Source: Nitrospirota bacterium | GTDB lineage: Bacteria; Nitrospirota; JACRHJ01 | Reading direction: 5' to 3' | Length of the DNA stretch: 64,000 bases | Assembly: GCA_016212105.1 (NCBI GenBank) | Contig: JACRHJ010000046.1 | Location: 30,136-94,135, forward strand | Shown: positions 1-9,694 of the stretch, piece after piece | How positions within the stretch are numbered: the first letter of the stretch is position 1 | How the letters are laid out: every line of letters begins with the position of its first letter | Made by a program: the position numbers and the translations under genes | Notes under the pieces: generated by a model | Database searches by the model: none | The model's input: only the letters and a program-made list of their open reading frames with translations | What the model was told of the DNA's origin: nothing

Positions 1-503
1 TAGTTCTCGCGGAGGATGCTCTGCATGATGCCCATGTAGCGGCCGGAGCGTTCGAGGTACCTGACAAAATGCTTCCGGAGGTTGACGCTGAACATGTTGA
101 TGTTCTTCTCGACCGCGCCGGTGTAGTCCACGCTGGTAAGGGTGAGTGACTTGAGGACGTCTTCGTACACCTTGGGGTCGGCGGCCTCCCGGAGCGTCTT
201 CGCGGTGGTTGCGAGCGCGGGTTTCGCGTCGGCCTGCACGAGCGTCGTGTCGGGGGCGTGCAGGAAGCCGGACGCGTCCGCGCCGCCGGGCGCCGCCTTG
301 GCGGTCTTGTCAGAGGCGTTCGCGGGATACTCCGAGAACTTGACAAATTCTTCGTTTTCCTTGGGTTTGGAGGCATCTGGCTGGCTCTGGACTGTTATCG
401 TCCTGGCGGCCCTGGCCGGCTGTGCGCCTTCGGCGTGGGAGACCGCCGGGTATAAAAGAGTAAAGGACAGTGCGAGTGCGGCAAGCTTCGTATTGCTTTG
501 CAA
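1..503 (-). CDS. MltD-like membrane-bound lytic murein transglycosylase, N-terminal part (gene runs off window start)
   Basis: This minus-strand frame is absent from the ORF track because the window edge truncates it. It has a TTG start at 503 preceded by AGGAGG. The signal peptide (KLAALALSFTLLYPAVSHA) is followed by ...RKHFVRYLERSGRYMGIMQSILREN, which matches the conserved MltD N-terminal motif. Confidence 0.45.
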   Translation of the reverse strand, partial: MQSNTKLAALALSFTLLYPAVSHAEGAQPARAARTITVQSQPDASKPKENEEFVKFSEYPANASDKTAKAAPGGADASGFLHAPDTTLVQADAKPALATTAKTLREAADPKVYEDVLKSLTLTSVDYTGAVEKNINMFSVNLRKHFVRYLERSGRYMGIMQSILREN

Positions 504-747
504 ATCGTCCTCCTTTCGGAGCGTATGACGTATGATTACGGAGATTAAGAATTATTCATTTATGAGCGGTTCCTTGCAGCCAGAATCCGCCCTGTGTTAA
601 TATAAGACATCGATTGCCGAAAGTCAAGGAAAAAGCAGGTTAAATTCTTTTAACTGCATGTATTAAAGGCCGATTGACAACGACCGAAAAATTAGGATAT
701 AGTTACGTCGGACAGGCAGGCAGGAAAGCGTCGCGTGGAGACTGATT

Positions 748-1491
748 ATGACAAATGGTTATGTGTCCGAGATGTTCGGCTCGTTCCAGGGCGAGGGGCC
801 GATGGTGGGGGAGCGGCAGCTGTTCCTCAGGCTCTGCTGCTGCAACCTGCGCTGCCGGTACTGCGACACGCGGGACTCGCTGACTGAGCAGCCAGAGGCG
901 AGGATAACCGCCCCGGACGGCTCCGGCGTCAGGTCACTGCCCAACCCGCTCCGGGCGGAGGTGGTGGCGGAGCTTCTCGACTCCATGGAGCCCGAGCCGG
1001 GGCATTATTACGCCCTGACCGTCACCGGAGGCGAGCCGCTGGAGCAGCCGGGGTTTCTCGCGGACATACTGGGGCTCCTCGACGGGCGATACAGGGTGGT
1101 GCTGGAGACGAACGGGACGCTCGCGGAGGCGTTCAGGGAGGTCGGGCACCTCGTCGACATTGTCAGCATGGACGTGAAGCTCCCGTCCGTCACGGGCCTC
1201 GGGCCGCTCTGGGACAGTCACCTGGCCTTCCTGGAGGAGTGCCGCCACAAGGAACTCGTGGTGAAGGCCGTGTTCTCGGAAGCCACGCCCGTGGAGGAGG
1301 TCGGCCATGCCGCACGGCTTGTCGCGGGCTACGCCCCGGACGCGGTATTCGTCCTCCAGCCGATGTCTGTTTCCGGCGCGGTCCGGCCCCAGCCGGAGGA
1401 CAGGCTGCTCGCGCTTTACAGGGAGGCAAGGAGGTCGCTCGCGAACGTCCGGGTGATACCGCAGGTACACAAGATAATGGGGGTAAGGTAG
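748..1491 (+). CDS. queE: 7-carboxy-7-deazaguanine synthase (radical SAM, QueE-like)
   Basis: The N-terminus EMFGSFQGEGPMVGERQLFLRLCCCNLRCRYCDT matches the QueE signature, with QGEG followed by a CX3CX2C cluster. Confidence 0.65.
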   Translation: MTNGYVSEMFGSFQGEGPMVGERQLFLRLCCCNLRCRYCDTRDSLTEQPEARITAPDGSGVRSLPNPLRAEVVAELLDSMEPEPGHYYALTVTGGEPLEQPGFLADILGLLDGRYRVVLETNGTLAEAFREVGHLVDIVSMDVKLPSVTGLGPLWDSHLAFLEECRHKELVVKAVFSEATPVEEVGHAARLVAGYAPDAVFVLQPMSVSGAVRPQPEDRLLALYREARRSLANVRVIPQVHKIMGVR

Positions 1492-2445
1492 ATGCCGCTC
1501 GCCGCATCGATAGACGTCGGAAGCAACACCGTCCGCCTCCTCGCCGCCGAGGTCGAGGACGGGAGGATAGTAAAGGAAGTTCTCAACCTGCGTGACATCA
1601 CCCGCCTCGGCGAGGGGTTGGGTATGGGCGGGAGCCTTAAGCCGGAGGCGAGGGACAGGACGCTCGCCGTGCTGAGGGAGTACGCGTCGCGCCTCGATGC
1701 AATGAAGGTAAAAAATGTCAGCATAATCGCGACAGAGGCACTCAGGAAGGCTAACGACTCCGCCGCGTTCATCTCGGACGTCAAGTCCGATACAGGGCTC
1801 GACATAGAGCTTATCACGGGCGAAGATGAGGCAAAAAGGACGCTCCTCGGCGTGAGGGCCGGGATGGCGGGCGCCGTTTCCGGCGGCATGGCAGTCGGCG
1901 AGAAGCTCCTCGTGGACATAGGCGGCGGCAGCACCGAGGTCGTCACGACCCCCGACTGGGAGGAGTTCAAGGCGGTCAGCCTGCCGCTCGGGGCGGTGAC
2001 GCTCTACGAGCGCTTCCTCGTGGAGGACCCACCGACTCCCCGGGAGATGGGCGAGCTGGTCAGGCACTGCCTTGCCCCGCTCGGCGCCCTCGCCGGGATG
2101 CGGCCAAAGGGCGGCTGGTCCGTGCTCGTTGGGACGGCGGGCACGGTCACTACCCTCGCGGCCGTGGACATGAGGATGGACGTGTACGACCCGGACAGGA
2201 TAACCGGCCACCGTATGTCGCGCGATACGGTCGCGAGGCTCCTTTCGAGGTTCATGGGCATGTCCAAGGAGAGCCGGAGGCTCCTGGCGGGCCTGGAGGC
2301 GGGCCGGGAAGACATAATACTCTCCGGGACTGCCATCCTGGGGGCCGTCATGGACCTTTCCGGGGCCGACTATGTGGTCGCGTGCGACTACGGTCTCCGC
2401 GAGGGAAACCTGCTCCGCCACTGCGCCTCGGTGGGCTGCCGTTAG
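1492..2445 (+). CDS. Ppx/GppA family exopolyphosphatase / guanosine pentaphosphate phosphohydrolase
   Basis: It carries the N-terminal IDVGSNTVRLLAAE actin-like ATPase motif typical of Ppx/GppA. Its ATG start abuts the queE stop codon. Confidence 0.7.
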   Translation: MPLAASIDVGSNTVRLLAAEVEDGRIVKEVLNLRDITRLGEGLGMGGSLKPEARDRTLAVLREYASRLDAMKVKNVSIIATEALRKANDSAAFISDVKSDTGLDIELITGEDEAKRTLLGVRAGMAGAVSGGMAVGEKLLVDIGGGSTEVVTTPDWEEFKAVSLPLGAVTLYERFLVEDPPTPREMGELVRHCLAPLGALAGMRPKGGWSVLVGTAGTVTTLAAVDMRMDVYDPDRITGHRMSRDTVARLLSRFMGMSKESRRLLAGLEAGREDIILSGTAILGAVMDLSGADYVVACDYGLREGNLLRHCASVGCR

Positions 2446-2590
2446 AGTCTTTTTGCTTTACAACGGCACCCCCCTGTGTTATATTTTTTTATAAGAAAAG
2501 GGGTGTTCTGGCCTGACATTTGCAAGGACGGGACATCCCCCGGAACCATGAGGTCCGAAACGGGAAGCGACGCCCTGAGAGCGGCTTTAT

Positions 2591-3175
2591 ATGAGATATG
2601 CCACGAAGGCAAAACTGTTTCTGACAGCCGCGATACTGACACTTGTTTCCGTAAGCATCGCCTATCTTATCGACAAACCGGGCCGAAAAGAGCCTGTCCC
2701 CGTGTCGAGGTCCATGAAGACCGACGGCGCGGAGGTCGTCATCGACCAATTCCATTTCGCAAACAGTGAAAGCGACAAGGTAAGCTGGGAACTTTCGGCG
2801 GCAAGGGCCGAGATGAGGAAGGACGAGGGCATGGCGAGGCTCAGGGACCTGAAGGCCGTGTTCAACGGCAGGGACGGCATGGTTTTGACGCTCGTCGCGG
2901 ACGGCGGCACCTTCGAGGAGGGAACCCGTGCGATAACTCTCGGCGGCGGAGACGGGCCGGTGACGCTTACGTCGAGCAACGGGTACACGATGTCTGCGGA
3001 GGACCTGAGCTGGGACGACGTGAAGAAGACCCTCAGCACGGACAACCACATAACAATAAAGGGCTCCGCCATCGACATCGAGGGCAGGGGCATGGTAGCG
3101 AGGGCCGACTTACAGGAGGTCAGGATAACAGATGGCGTCAGGACAGTATTCAGACAGGGCGGGAAGGGCCGTTAA
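2591..3175 (+). CDS. lptC: LPS export protein LptC
   Basis: It has a single N-terminal TM helix and a ~190 aa periplasmic OstA-like fold. It sits immediately upstream of lptA-lptB-rpoN. Confidence 0.65.
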   Translation: MRYATKAKLFLTAAILTLVSVSIAYLIDKPGRKEPVPVSRSMKTDGAEVVIDQFHFANSESDKVSWELSAARAEMRKDEGMARLRDLKAVFNGRDGMVLTLVADGGTFEEGTRAITLGGGDGPVTLTSSNGYTMSAEDLSWDDVKKTLSTDNHITIKGSAIDIEGRGMVARADLQEVRITDGVRTVFRQGGKGR

Positions 3176-3743
3176 GGCGGCAGTTTCGGCTGCGGCGTTT
3201 GTGTGCGCCATAGGTGCCGCAGGCCTCTGCTTCGGGCTATGCGGGCCGTTTTCCGGTGTCTCGCTTGCCGGGGACAAGGCGGCAGCGAAGGCCGGCGAGC
3301 CGGTGGTCGTCACGGCGCGCACGCTGACCGCGGACAACAAGAAGAGGGTCGTCATATACAAGGACGGCGTCGTGGTAAAACGGGGCGACATAACCCTCCA
3401 CGCCGACAACGTAACGATAAGGCTCGCCCCGGCGGAGAACAAGGCCGGAGGCGCGTCGGATATATTCAACAAGGGCGGCGGCATCGAGACGATCGAGGCG
3501 ACCGGCCGGGTCAGGATACTCCAGGGAGACAGGACCGCGACCGCGGACAAGGCCGTATTCTACACCGCCGAGGACCGCATCGTGATGTCCGGAAGCCCGC
3601 GCGTCTGGGAGGGCGGAAACGTCCTTACCGGTTCGACGGTCTCATACGACCTGAAGGAGGACACCTTCACTGTCGAGGACGCGAAGACGATGCTGTACCC
3701 CGAGCAGCCCGAACGGAATGCCGCGGAGGGCAAACTCAGATGA
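3132..3743 (+). CDS. lptA: LPS transport periplasmic protein LptA (OstA-like)
   Basis: Signal peptide, OstA-like repeats ([19 protein letters not shown]... [22 protein letters not shown]) and position upstream of lptB support the call. The start is uncertain: ATG 3132 overlaps lptC, and an alternative GTG lies at 3201. Confidence 0.65.
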   Translation: MASGQYSDRAGRAVKAAVSAAAFVCAIGAAGLCFGLCGPFSGVSLAGDKAAAKAGEPVVVTARTLTADNKKRVVIYKDGVVVKRGDITLHADNVTIRLAPAENKAGGASDIFNKGGGIETIEATGRVRILQGDRTATADKAVFYTAEDRIVMSGSPRVWEGGNVLTGSTVSYDLKEDTFTVEDAKTMLYPEQPERNAAEGKLR

Positions 3744-4462
3744 AGACCCTGCATACCAAGGGTCTCATGAAGACGTACGGCGGACGGCAGGTGGTCAAGA
3801 AGGTCGGCCTCGACATAAAAAGCGGCGAGGTCGTCGGGCTCCTGGGCCCGAACGGGGCCGGCAAGACCACGATATTCTACATGATCGTCGGCCTGGTGAG
3901 CCCGGACAAGGGCACGGTCCACCTGGACCACACCGAGCTGACGGGGCTGCCGATATACAAGAGGGCCCGGCTCGGCCTGGGGTACCTGCCCCAGGAGCCG
4001 TCGATATTCAGGAAGATGACGGTCGAGGACAACATCATGGCGGTGCTCGAGACGCTGGATTTGAGCCACTCCGAAAGGGAGGAGCGGTTAGCCGAGCTTC
4101 TCGAAGACCTGAACATCGCCCACATAGCGAAGAGCATGGCGTATACGCTTTCGGGCGGCGAGAGGCGCAGGGTGGAGATAACACGCGCGCTCGTCATGTC
4201 GCCGTCGTTCATACTGCTCGACGAGCCGTTCGCGGGCATAGACCCGATAGCGGTGACGGACATACAGAAGATAATATCCCGGCTGAAGGCCAAGGGTATC
4301 GGGGTGCTGATAACCGACCACAACGTCCGGGAGACTCTCGGGAGCACCGACAGGGCGTACATCATCAGCGAGGGCACGATACTGGAGTCCGGTACCCCGG
4401 AGCAGATAGCCGGGAGCGCCAGGGCGAGGCAGATATACCTGGGCGAGAATTTCAGGCTGTAG
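3740..4462 (+). CDS. lptB: LPS export ABC transporter ATP-binding protein LptB
   Basis: It has Walker [10 protein letters not shown], the ABC signature LSGGERRR, Walker B ILLDEP and the conserved LptB C-terminus. The ATG at 3740 lies inside the longer track ORF 3203..4462. Confidence 0.85.
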   Translation: MKTLHTKGLMKTYGGRQVVKKVGLDIKSGEVVGLLGPNGAGKTTIFYMIVGLVSPDKGTVHLDHTELTGLPIYKRARLGLGYLPQEPSIFRKMTVEDNIMAVLETLDLSHSEREERLAELLEDLNIAHIAKSMAYTLSGGERRRVEITRALVMSPSFILLDEPFAGIDPIAVTDIQKIISRLKAKGIGVLITDHNVRETLGSTDRAYIISEGTILESGTPEQIAGSARARQIYLGENFRL

Positions 4463-4604
4463 GGCGGGAAAGGCTCTCCCTCACCCCCCGCCCCTCTCCC
4501 GGAAGGAGAGGGGGGTAACAGGGTATTCCCGCATCGCGGGAATGTATGGAAATTTGTAGGGGCCGTACCAAGCGAAGCGCGTGTCGGCCCTGTTGTCTCA
4601 GGTT

Positions 4605-4629
4605 GTCATTCTGAACGAAGTGAAGAATC
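4605..4629. repeat. REP-A copy (gtcattctgaacgaagtgaagaatc)
   Basis: An identical 25-mer is found at 8377..8401. Confidence 0.6.
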
Positions 4630-4710
4630 TACAGTTGAATTTGATTGTATAAATGCGAAAGTCAAAGGTGGGTCCTTCGACTTCGCTCAGGACGACAAGA
4701 GAAACCAAGA

Positions 4711-4743
4711 AGGGCCTACACACGGGTCGGCCCCTACATAAAA
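4711..4743. repeat. REP-D hairpin repeat (gggccNacacacgggtcggcccct + cataaaa)
   Basis: This is a variant of the palindrome at 8536, 12291 and 24812. Confidence 0.5.
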
Positions 4744-4745
4744 CC

Positions 4746-4774
4746 CTGGACCCCGTGTCAAGCACGGGGCGACA
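4746..4774. repeat. REP-C hairpin repeat (ctggaccccgtgtcaagcacggggcgaca)
   Basis: Near-identical copies lie at 12394 and 26583. The internal palindrome is ccccgtg/cacgggg. Confidence 0.6.
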
Positions 4775-4820
4775 ACATAAAGAAACGGCACGGGGCGACA
4801 GGTTTTACCCGTTAATGGTT

Positions 4821-4858
4821 TTTTGGCCGCTTTTTTACAAAAAAGCGGGACATTCGCC
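4821..4858 (+). promoter_or_regulatory. Recurrent palindromic ~40-nt motif (TTTTGGCCGC-TTTTTTACAAAAAAGCGGGAC), 27 nt upstream of the rpoN ATG
   Basis: A 10-nt inverted repeat, ccgctttttt/aaaaaagcgg, flanks the central AC. The same architecture occurs at 9561, 12569 and 59271. Confidence 0.45.
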
Positions 4859-4885
4859 TTTGTCCGTAATGCGAGGTAAGGTTAT

Positions 4886-6325
4886 ATGAGCCTGGAGATG
4901 AGGCTGGACCTAAAGCTTGCGCAGAAGCTGGTGATGACCCCCCAGCTCCAGCAGGCTATCAAGCTTCTGCAGCTCTCGAGGCTTGAGATGTCTCAGCTCG
5001 CCTACCAGGAGATGCTCGAAAACCCCGTCCTGGAGGACGCGACACTCGAGGTCGAGCCGGATACCGAGGAGCAGGAGCGGCTCCTGAAGGAGTCCGCCTC
5101 CGCCGCGGAAGAGCCGGCCTACGAAGACCGGGCGGTCGACGTCTTCGACATCAAATGGGACAACTACCTTGACGCCGACGAGTACCGGGAGGAGATGAAC
5201 CTCTACTCGGACTACGACGAGGACCTGCCCACCTACGACCAGACGCTTTCGTCGCATATAAGCCTCTCCGAACACCTGATGTGGCAGCTCATGCTCACGC
5301 CGACCAACGACGAGGAGAAGCTGGCCGGCGAGGTCATCATCGGGAACATAGACGACGACGGGTACCTGCGGGACATGACCGTCGAGGAAGTCGCCCGGAC
5401 CGCGGGCGTGGGCGTGGCCGCCGCAAGGAAGGCGCTCGGGATGGTGCAGGAGCTCGACCCGCCCGGCGTCGGCGCGCGCGACCTGCGCGAGTGCCTGCTG
5501 ATACAGGCGAGGCAGCTCGGCTTCGGCGGGACCATAGTCGAGGACATGATAAGGCGGCACCTGGAGGACATCGAGAAGAAACGGTTCGCGTCGGTCGCGC
5601 GTGACCTGAAGGTTTCCGTCAAGGAGGTAGCCGCCGCGGCCGATGTCATCGAGTCGATGGAGCCCAAGCCCGGCAGGCCGTTCATGGTCACGGACGTCCA
5701 GTACATCATACCGGACGTGTACGTGGTCAAGAAGGACGGCGAGTACGTCATCCTGCTGAACGACGAGGGTATGCCCAGGCTCAAGATCAGCCCGTTCTAC
5801 AAGAACCTGATGCGCTCGGGCGGCGACGACCAGACTAAGGAGTACATCGAGACAAAGCTCCGCTCCGCCCAGTGGCTGATCAAGAGCATCGAGCAGAGGA
5901 ACAAGACGATATTCCGCGTCACGGAGAGCATAGTCGTTCGTCAGAAGGAATTCCTGGACAGGGGCATACACAACGTCAAGCCGATGATACTCAGGGACGT
6001 GGCGGACGACATCGGCATGCACGAATCCACCATCAGCCGCGTAACGACCAACAAGTACATGCACACCCCGCAGGGTATATTCGAGCTGAAGTACTTCTTC
6101 TCCGGCGGCATATCGGGCGTCAACGGAGACTCGCTGTCGTCCATAGCCGTCCGGAGCCTTGTCCAAAAGACCATAAGCGAGGAGGACCCCAAAAACCCGC
6201 TGAACGACAGACGCATAGTTGACCTGCTCAAGAAGAAGAACATAGACATTGCAAGGCGGACCGTGGCGAAGTACCGCTGCGAACTGAAGATACCGCCTGC
6301 GAACGTGCGCAAGAAGCCCTGCTGA
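4886..6325 (+). CDS. rpoN: RNA polymerase sigma-54 factor
   Basis: The N-terminal Gln/Leu-rich region I (LAQKLVMTPQLQQAIKLLQLSRLEM), the core, and the C-terminal RpoN box ARRTVAKYR are all present. Confidence 0.9.
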   Translation: MSLEMRLDLKLAQKLVMTPQLQQAIKLLQLSRLEMSQLAYQEMLENPVLEDATLEVEPDTEEQERLLKESASAAEEPAYEDRAVDVFDIKWDNYLDADEYREEMNLYSDYDEDLPTYDQTLSSHISLSEHLMWQLMLTPTNDEEKLAGEVIIGNIDDDGYLRDMTVEEVARTAGVGVAAARKALGMVQELDPPGVGARDLRECLLIQARQLGFGGTIVEDMIRRHLEDIEKKRFASVARDLKVSVKEVAAAADVIESMEPKPGRPFMVTDVQYIIPDVYVVKKDGEYVILLNDEGMPRLKISPFYKNLMRSGGDDQTKEYIETKLRSAQWLIKSIEQRNKTIFRVTESIVVRQKEFLDRGIHNVKPMILRDVADDIGMHESTISRVTTNKYMHTPQGIFELKYFFSGGISGVNGDSLSSIAVRSLVQKTISEEDPKNPLNDRRIVDLLKKKNIDIARRTVAKYRCELKIPPANVRKKPC

Positions 6326-6356
6326 TGCGGGCGGCACATCCCCAAGGAGGAACATC

Positions 6357-6884
6357 ATGAACATCACCGTGAACGGCAGACACATGGAAATCACCGACGC
6401 CCTCAGGTCCTACGCGACGGAGAAGGTGGCGAAGCTCGACAAATACCTGCCTTCCGGCGCCGAGGCCGTCGTGACCTTCAACGTCGAGAAGTACCGCCAC
6501 AAGGCGGAGGTGCAGATAAAGGTGAACGGCATCGTCATCCAGGCCCAGGAGGAGACGGAGGGCATGTACGCCTCCATAGACCAGGTGCTGGACAAGCTGG
6601 AGCGTCAGGTCAAGAAGTACAAGGAGAAGCTGAAGAACCACAAGGTCAAGGGCGAGGAGAAGGCCGCCGCGGCGGCAGCCGAGCCGGAGTCCGACCTGGA
6701 CCGCATCCCCGAGATAATAAAGACCAAGAAGTTCGACATGAAGCCGATGACCTCCGACGAGGCGGTCATGCAGATGGAGCTCCTCGACAAGGACTTCTTC
6801 GTCTTCTCGAACGTCGCTACCGGCGCATTGAGCGTCATCTACAAGCGCAGGGACGGGAACGTGGGCCTTATCGAGCCTGCCTGA
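6357..6884 (+). CDS. hpf: ribosome hibernation promoting factor (long HPF/RaiA)
   Basis: MNITVNGRHMEITDALRSYATEKVAKLDKY is typical of the S30AE family. It is a long form with a C-terminal dimerisation domain and occupies the canonical position after rpoN. Confidence 0.85.
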   Translation: MNITVNGRHMEITDALRSYATEKVAKLDKYLPSGAEAVVTFNVEKYRHKAEVQIKVNGIVIQAQEETEGMYASIDQVLDKLERQVKKYKEKLKNHKVKGEEKAAAAAAEPESDLDRIPEIIKTKKFDMKPMTSDEAVMQMELLDKDFFVFSNVATGALSVIYKRRDGNVGLIEPA

Positions 6885-6921
6885 AAAACTGGCGCAAGCT
6901 TGCGGCCTGGGGGGCTTCATA

Positions 6922-7380
6922 TTGAAGATGACCGACCTGCTGGACCATGACCTCATCATCGACGAGTTCAAGGGTGAGACGAAACTGGACGTCCTCCAGG
7001 AGTTCTCCGCCCTGCTCTTCGACAGGAAGCTGATAGACGACAAGGAGGGCCTGACGAAGGTCCTGGCTGCCCGCGAGGCGCTCGGCAGCACCGGCGTCGG
7101 AGACGGTGTCGCTATACCGCACGGGAAGCTGGGCGGGCTCGACAGGCTCCTCCTCGCCTTCGGGCGCTCCAGGAAGGGCATAGACTTCGACTCCCTCGAC
7201 GGCAGACCGGCGCATATATTCTTCCTGATAATAGCGCCCGACGACGCGCCCGGGGAGCACCTGCGTGCCCTGGCCCGGATCTCCCGCATGATGAAGAGCG
7301 GAGAGCTGAGGGACTCGCTGATGAAGGCAAGGGGGATGGACGAGCTGAAGATGGTCATCTCCGAAGCGGACGGGCGTTGA
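6922..7380 (+). CDS. ptsN: PTS EIIA-Ntr nitrogen regulatory protein
   Basis: This is a PTS_EIIA_2 fold with a conserved His region (VAIPHGK) in the canonical rpoN-hpf-ptsN arrangement. Confidence 0.8.
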   Translation: MKMTDLLDHDLIIDEFKGETKLDVLQEFSALLFDRKLIDDKEGLTKVLAAREALGSTGVGDGVAIPHGKLGGLDRLLLAFGRSRKGIDFDSLDGRPAHIFFLIIAPDDAPGEHLRALARISRMMKSGELRDSLMKARGMDELKMVISEADGR

Positions 7381-7387
7381 GGCCTGC

Positions 7388-8326
7388 ATGAAGAAGATAT
7401 ACGTCGAGGACCTGCTGAAGGCCTGCCCGGAGGACATGTCCCTGAAGCTCTTCGCGGGCAGGAAGGGAGTCAGGCGCAGGGCGCTCCTGCCGGAGATACA
7501 GAAGGTCGGGCTCGCCCTGACAGGCCGGTTCGACAACCTCGACCCGAGGAAGATACAGGTGCTCGGCAGGACCGAGTTCTCGTACCTCGACACGCTCGCG
7601 CCAAAGAAGAGGCGGCAGGTCGTATCAGACCTGTTCGCCAAGAAGGCCGCGGCATACCTCGTCACCTGCGGCAACACGCCGACAAAGGAGATGGCCGAGG
7701 CTGCCGAGGAGAACGGCGCGCCGCTCATCACTTCGGCGCAGGAGACCATCCGCTGCATACGCGGCCTGGTGAAGACGCTGGAGGAGATGGCGGCGGCGGA
7801 GGTCCACGTACACGGCGTGCTTGTGGACGTCATGGGCGTCGGCGTCCTTATAATGGGGGAGAGCGGCATAGGCAAGAGCGAGTGCGCGCTCGAACTTGTC
7901 GTGCGCGGCCACAGGCTGGTCGCGGACGACGTCGTCGTGGTAAAGAGGCTGGGCGACGGGAGGCTTGTCGGCACCGGCTCGGAGCTTATCCGGTACCACA
8001 TGGAGATACGCGGCCTCGGCATACTGAACGTCAAGGAGCTGTTCGGCATATCATCGGTCAAGACGAAGAAGACGGTCGAGCTTGTGGTAGAACTCGTCCA
8101 CTGGGACGACAAGGTGAGCTACGACAGGCTCGGCATCGACGAGAGGACGTACGCCATTGCGGGTATGAACCTGCCGTACATGAGGATGCCGGTCACGCCG
8201 GGCAGGAACATCGCGGTCATCGTGGAGGTCGCGGCGAGGAACCACGCGCTCAAGGCGCAGGGGGTCAACCCGGCGGTTGAACTCGACAGGAAACTGGCCG
8301 GAAGATTAACCGGTAAGATGCGGTGA
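7388..8326 (+). CDS. hprK: HPr kinase/phosphorylase
   Basis: It has the P-loop GESGIGKSE and the HprK C-terminal domain signature (ELIRYHMEIRGLGILNV). Confidence 0.85.
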   Translation: MKKIYVEDLLKACPEDMSLKLFAGRKGVRRRALLPEIQKVGLALTGRFDNLDPRKIQVLGRTEFSYLDTLAPKKRRQVVSDLFAKKAAAYLVTCGNTPTKEMAEAAEENGAPLITSAQETIRCIRGLVKTLEEMAAAEVHVHGVLVDVMGVGVLIMGESGIGKSECALELVVRGHRLVADDVVVVKRLGDGRLVGTGSELIRYHMEIRGLGILNVKELFGISSVKTKKTVELVVELVHWDDKVSYDRLGIDERTYAIAGMNLPYMRMPVTPGRNIAVIVEVAARNHALKAQGVNPAVELDRKLAGRLTGKMR

Positions 8327-8376
8327 GGTGCGAGAGCCTGTCATTGAGAGGAGTCGAAAGCGACGCGGTTTATGCC

Positions 8377-8497
8377 GTCATTCTGAACGAAGTGAAGAAT
8401 CCGCCTTTATACGATAAAATTGTAGGGGCGCAATTAATTGCGTCCGTCCGTAAGTGTTGATACAAGCAGATTCTTCGCTGCGCTCAGAATGACAGGC
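8377..8497. repeat. MITE-like element: REP-A 25-mer (8377..8401) and an imperfect inverted copy (gattcttcgctgcgctcagaatgacagg, ~8467..8494) flanking ~65 nt
   Basis: The terminal inverted repeats share about 20 of 25 positions and the internal sequence is AT-rich. Confidence 0.4.
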
Positions 8498-8535
8498 CAG
8501 GCGCTCGGAATGACAGGCCAAACCAAATTCAAGGC

Positions 8536-8570
8536 AGGGCCGACACACGGGTCGGCCCCTGCATAAAAAC
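8536..8570. repeat. REP-D hairpin repeat (agggccgacacacgggtcggcccctgcataaaaac)
   Basis: It contains a perfect 8-bp stem gggccgac/gtcggccc. Copies occur at 4711, 12291 and 24812. Confidence 0.6.
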
Positions 8571-8589
8571 AGATGCGTTCGGTAATATT

Positions 8590-9450
8590 ATGTCCAAGCT
8601 GAACATAATCATAATCTCCGGGCTGTCCGGCTCCGGCAAGAGCTACGCCATCAAGTCCCTCGAGGACATGGGGTACTTCTGCGTGGACAACCTGCCGACC
8701 GCGCTGGTGCCCAAGTTCGTCGAGCTGTGCGCCCAGTCGGACAAGGGCATCAACCGGGCGGCGCTTGGGATCGACATACGGGAGCGCGACTTCTTCGGGA
8801 ACTTCCAGAAGCTCCATGAAGACATGAAGGCCGCGGGCTACGACCTCGAGGTGCTGTTCCTCGAGGCCTCGGACGAGGTGCTGTCCCGGCGTTTCTCCGA
8901 AAGCCGCAGGCCGCATCCCCTGGCGAAGGACAAGCCGCTCCCGGAGGCCATTAGGCTCGAACGCGAGCTGATGGACGAAATAAGAAAGAAGGCGGACAGG
9001 ATAATCGACACGTCCAACCTCTCTGTCCACCAGCTGAGGGACGAGCTGTCCAAGCACTACAGGCCGACCGGCGGCAAGGGTCTCACGGTCTCCATCATGT
9101 CCTTCGGGTTCAAGTACGGCGTGCCGTACGACGCGGACCTCGTCTTCGACGTCCGGTTCCTGCCGAACCCGCATTTCGTGCCGGAGTTGAAGCCTCTTAC
9201 GGGGATGGACGCACCGGTACGCGAATTCGTGCTGGCAAAAGAAGATACCGTAAGGTTCGTTGAGAAGATAAACGGGCTCCTCGACTTCCTGCTGCCCCTC
9301 TACGAGAAGGAAGGCAAGAACTACCTCACAATAGCGTTCGGATGCACCGGAGGCAGGCACCGCTCCGTGGCCGTATCCGGGATGCTCGCGGAAGGCATGA
9401 AGGCGCGGGACATCGACGTTATTGTAAGACACAGGGACGTGGAGAAATAA
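8590..9450 (+). CDS. rapZ: RNase adapter protein RapZ (YhbJ)
   Basis: It has the Walker A GLSGSGKS and the conserved C-terminal half (FGFKYGVPYDADLVFDVRFLPNPH). Its position after hprK is canonical. Confidence 0.85.
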   Translation: MSKLNIIIISGLSGSGKSYAIKSLEDMGYFCVDNLPTALVPKFVELCAQSDKGINRAALGIDIRERDFFGNFQKLHEDMKAAGYDLEVLFLEASDEVLSRRFSESRRPHPLAKDKPLPEAIRLERELMDEIRKKADRIIDTSNLSVHQLRDELSKHYRPTGGKGLTVSIMSFGFKYGVPYDADLVFDVRFLPNPHFVPELKPLTGMDAPVREFVLAKEDTVRFVEKINGLLDFLLPLYEKEGKNYLTIAFGCTGGRHRSVAVSGMLAEGMKARDIDVIVRHRDVEK

Positions 9451-9560
9451 GTGGATACCCCTCACCTCAGCCCCCGTTCGACTTCGCTCAGGGCAGGCTC
9501 TCTCCCGCGAGGAGAGGGGATTTTATTAAAGCAAACCGGATTATATGTGAACGCTTAATA

Positions 9561-9650
9561 GTTTTTGGGCCGGACCGACCCGCGCTAAGGTTAGGATAAG
9601 GCACCTCACCTAAGCGGTGTGGACCCCCTTTACAATAAGGCGGGACTTTG
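9561..9650 (+). promoter_or_regulatory. Palindromic ~40-nt motif copy split by a ~52-nt insertion (left half gtttttgggccgg 9561..9573, right half ccctttacaataaggcgggactttg 9626..9650)
   Basis: The two motif halves match the copies at 4821, 12569 and 59271. The intervening 9574..9625 forms its own small hairpin. Confidence 0.35.
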
Positions 9651-9694
9651 AATTAGCTTGTTGCTGTAATGGTTTTCTGGTGTTGAAAGGAGAG

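Noticed and set aside
934-2421. A 495-aa minus-strand ORF in the track. Other long antisense ORFs belong to the same class: 4910..6394, 6868..8112, 15569..16972, 29549..31039, 32720..34510, 43669..44343 and 52414..53301.
   Set aside because: These lie antisense to genes with clear homology, namely queE/ppx, rpoN, hprK, the RM enzyme and the cytochromes. They are Arg/Ala/Gly/Pro-rich, which is the pattern expected from stop-codon-poor high-GC DNA. They have no motifs and are not real genes.
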